From: Octopus vulgaris
Taxonomy: Eukaryota
Length of the DNA: 64,000 bases
Direction: 5' to 3'
Assembly: GCA_951406725.2 (NCBI GenBank)
Contig: OX597814.1
Location: 159,836,001 to 159,900,000, forward strand
In this document: piece after piece, positions 61,385 through 64,000 of the stretch
Numbering within the stretch: the stretch's first letter is position 1
Layout: every line of letters begins with the position of its first letter
Program-made: the position numbers and the translations under genes
Notes under the pieces: model-generated
What the model was told of the DNA's origin: nothing
Seen by the model: the letters and a program-made list of their open reading frames with translations, nothing else
Database searches by the model: none

Positions 61385-62129
61385 TTTCTCAAAGTTATCA
61401 CCCTCAGCTTTCACTATGGCCTCAAGATGGCTCTAGAACTTGGCTTAAGCATTTCTTACAATGTCCTTGGATCTTCAAAAACATTTTTGATCTTGGTCAC
61501 TAGCTTGGCATTGGTATTGCAGGCTGGTGTCTTTCACAACCGTGTCCTCACTTAGTAATCTGTAGGATTACAATGAAGGGAATTAGGACGCCAGAAATAG
61601 GGGCTGGAGAAGTCATAGAAACTCTTTGACAACTACTTTTGACTCTTTCTGGAGTTATGGTAAGAAGGTGAATCGTGTGGTCACACATACAGCCTTCCAG
61701 CAGCAACCCTCTCTATCCGGAATTTGACCAGTCTCCAACAACTTCACATAGCTAGCTGAATTGAGCTTAAGGCCCCATTGAAAATGGGGGGAAAGAATTC
61801 CAGCATGTGAACTCATTCAGAATACCTACTGTATCCCTTCCTGCTGGCCACAGCTTCATAGTCTCTGTTGCAACAGTCCATGTCTTGTCACCTTTACAAT
61901 GTTCACAAAGCATTAAACAGCAGTCATGATGTCAACATTTTGATGCCTAATATGAATCATTAGGATACAGGTAATTCTTTTCCTATATTCAGATCGCTTC
62001 CAGTCCTCCCCGTCAGCTAATTTTTTCTCATCTATTAATCATTTTGCTGTTCAATGCCATTGACACTTCAAGCTGTACCTGAAAGAAAAGCAGCATAAGA
62101 AATCATCAAATTTTGACTGAACTCCCTGT
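61385..62129 (-). mobile_element. Decayed Tc1/mariner (maT/DD37D-like) transposon remnant
   Basis: Minus strand FWRPNSLHCNPTDY (compare WPPNSPDxNPxDY), ACNTNAKLVTKIKNVF, SHLEAIVKAEGDNFE; one end reads TA|CAGGG. Confidence 0.6.
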
Positions 62130-64000
62130 ATATGTACATGCTGGCTCAGTGCCAGGAAGTTTTTGAAGGGCAGGTACATGGTCAGAAGGGAATACAGTTC
62201 CAGGGGAAAAGGGCATAATAACATTATTTAGAAGGGCATGCGTCTTTTCTTCAGGTGGGGCACATGCCCTTCAGGCCCCCCTTGGGTCCACCCCTGATGT
62301 GTGTGTGTATATGTATATATATATCATCATCATCATTTAGCGTCCGTTTTCCATGCTAGCATGGGTTGGACGGTTTAACTGGGGTCTGTGAAGCCGGAAA
62401 TATATATATATATATATATATATTCTTAAACACAGGCACAAAGACGCACACACACAGACACAATATGCCCATTTGGTTGGTTTCAACCATTTTTTTTTTT
62501 GTCAGTGTTTCTATGGTAAACAATAATTTCAACTTGCACCCCACTATCTTTGATGTCTGCAACCCTGTTGACTAAAATGTATTGAATGAAGTATAATTGA
62601 TTTATTTTATTTGTGACTAATTAATTATCAAATATTGTAATGACTTTATTTCAGAGTGATATTGTAGGAACTGTTAGCTGCTAGAGTAAGGGAACTGCAA
62701 TAATTGGTTGCATCTAATTTAAATTCTGGGTTCAAATTCCATTGAGATTAATTTGGCTTTTCATCTTTTGTTGTGGTTGTTGTTTCTAGGTTAGTCCTGA
62801 AAAAGGCGACCTATGATATCAAAGACATTCCAGCTGTGATTATCATGGTTTTTTGTATATAAGTAACTTCATTGTCTTGCTTCTTTTTTTTTTTCTTTCA
62901 TTTTTACTTGTAAGATGGATGCATGTGATTTGAAGGAGATTTGATTGTTGTTTCTAGAAATTGAACAGTCAGATGGTGGTTCTCTTGTCCTTCAAAGGAT
63001 TTATAAATGACGTGATGATGATGCCAGATATATTTTGCGAGGATAGGTTCTCTTAATACTTGTACCAAAGTTAAATATAAAAATTACAGAAGCTATCCTT
63101 TTTTGTTTTTGTTTGTTTGGTTTAAGGATGTAGAAGGTTATTATTTAATATATTTCTGTGTGATTAAATATGACATGTTGACATAGAAAACTATTATATT
63201 TGTTTTATATTTTTCTATGCTTTTTTTAATATGTTTAATGTGTTTTTGTTGTTTTGGTTATGAATAGTGCCACTCCTATCCTTCATAATACTTGAATGTG
63301 TTTGGACATGAGATGTAGTTGTGACTTGTTATCACTGATAACAATCCTTGTGTGTATATTGGTGACAATATAGGACTGGCTTTTGAATGAAATGCAGCAG
63401 CTTGGGTTGTACAGTGTTGTTGTAATTTAGCCATAGTTTAGCCCTGGATAAGCAGACCTATGATGAAAGACATCCCAGCCATGGCTATCCTTTTTTTTTT
63501 TTTTTTTTTTTTTTCAAGACATACTATGTACCCCAGATTACATTCTACAATGTCTTTGTTTTAAAGATGTGGTCTGATATGAAGGAGATTTGGTTGCTAT
63601 TTCTTATCAGTTGAGTAAACATATGAAGGCTCTTTCATTGGATTGATGTTATATGATTAAATTATATAGAAGCTAAAGATAAGTAAATGAAATGAAATTA
63701 ATAAAAAAAATAACATTTGAAAAGTTTCAACTTCAGTGGATACTAATTACTCTAATTATGTAATGAACAGATATTCTCATGTGAAGCATCCTGTTGTATA
63801 TTTTACATTTATTTAGATTTTCTGTTGTAAAGCCAGAGTTAATTTGATAACTAAAATCACTCTTGTTGGAATTCTGTTGCAAATTATTTGCGTTAATTAA
63901 TGACCTGTGTGAATAAAACGTCTAAGTGGTTCTTTCAAAAATCTTGGTGAGATGATACAACACTTTCCCACCTTAAAATTTCAGTAGAATATTAATATTT

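Noticed and set aside
55581-64000. Further exons of the TBC1D13-like gene
   Set aside because: No AG/GT-bounded segment with the expected G-x-P...R...WK peptide was found by eye; probably beyond the window

Overview
AT-rich, repeat-dense eukaryotic DNA. The SINE/LINE complement and the (ATT)n, (TA)n and (GAT)n microsatellites point to an Octopus/coleoid cephalopod genome (inference, no search run). Two spliced genes lie on the + strand. (1) TBC1D31/WDR67 (WD40 + TBC + coiled coil): 20 coding exons from 2010 to the stop at 40680-40682, all GT-AG and phase-compatible, about 873 aa in the window; the first exons lie upstream. (2) The first two coding exons of a TBC1D13-like gene (54262-54281, 55507-55580), continuing beyond the window. 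Introns and intergenic DNA hold RTE, CR1 and R4/RLE-type LINE pieces (including a 2.46-kb 5'-truncated RTE whose RT carries an inserted PHD-type finger), four SINE families, mariner/Tc1/maT/hAT derivatives and a Helitron. Most notable are hammerhead-ribozyme motifs tied to Penelope-like elements: one at the 3' end of a decayed GIY-YIG element (46956-47015, minus strand), and a pair in a 228-nt foldback inside a 253-bp insertion with a 13-bp TSD (60582-60834). Also notable: a SINE whose borrowed 3' tail matches a LINE fragment in the same window, and a mariner MITE sitting in the probable TBC1D31 3' UTR. Most short ORFs in the supplied track are repeat or microsatellite artefacts. All homology calls are from recalled family motifs, and repeat boundaries without a TSD are approximate.
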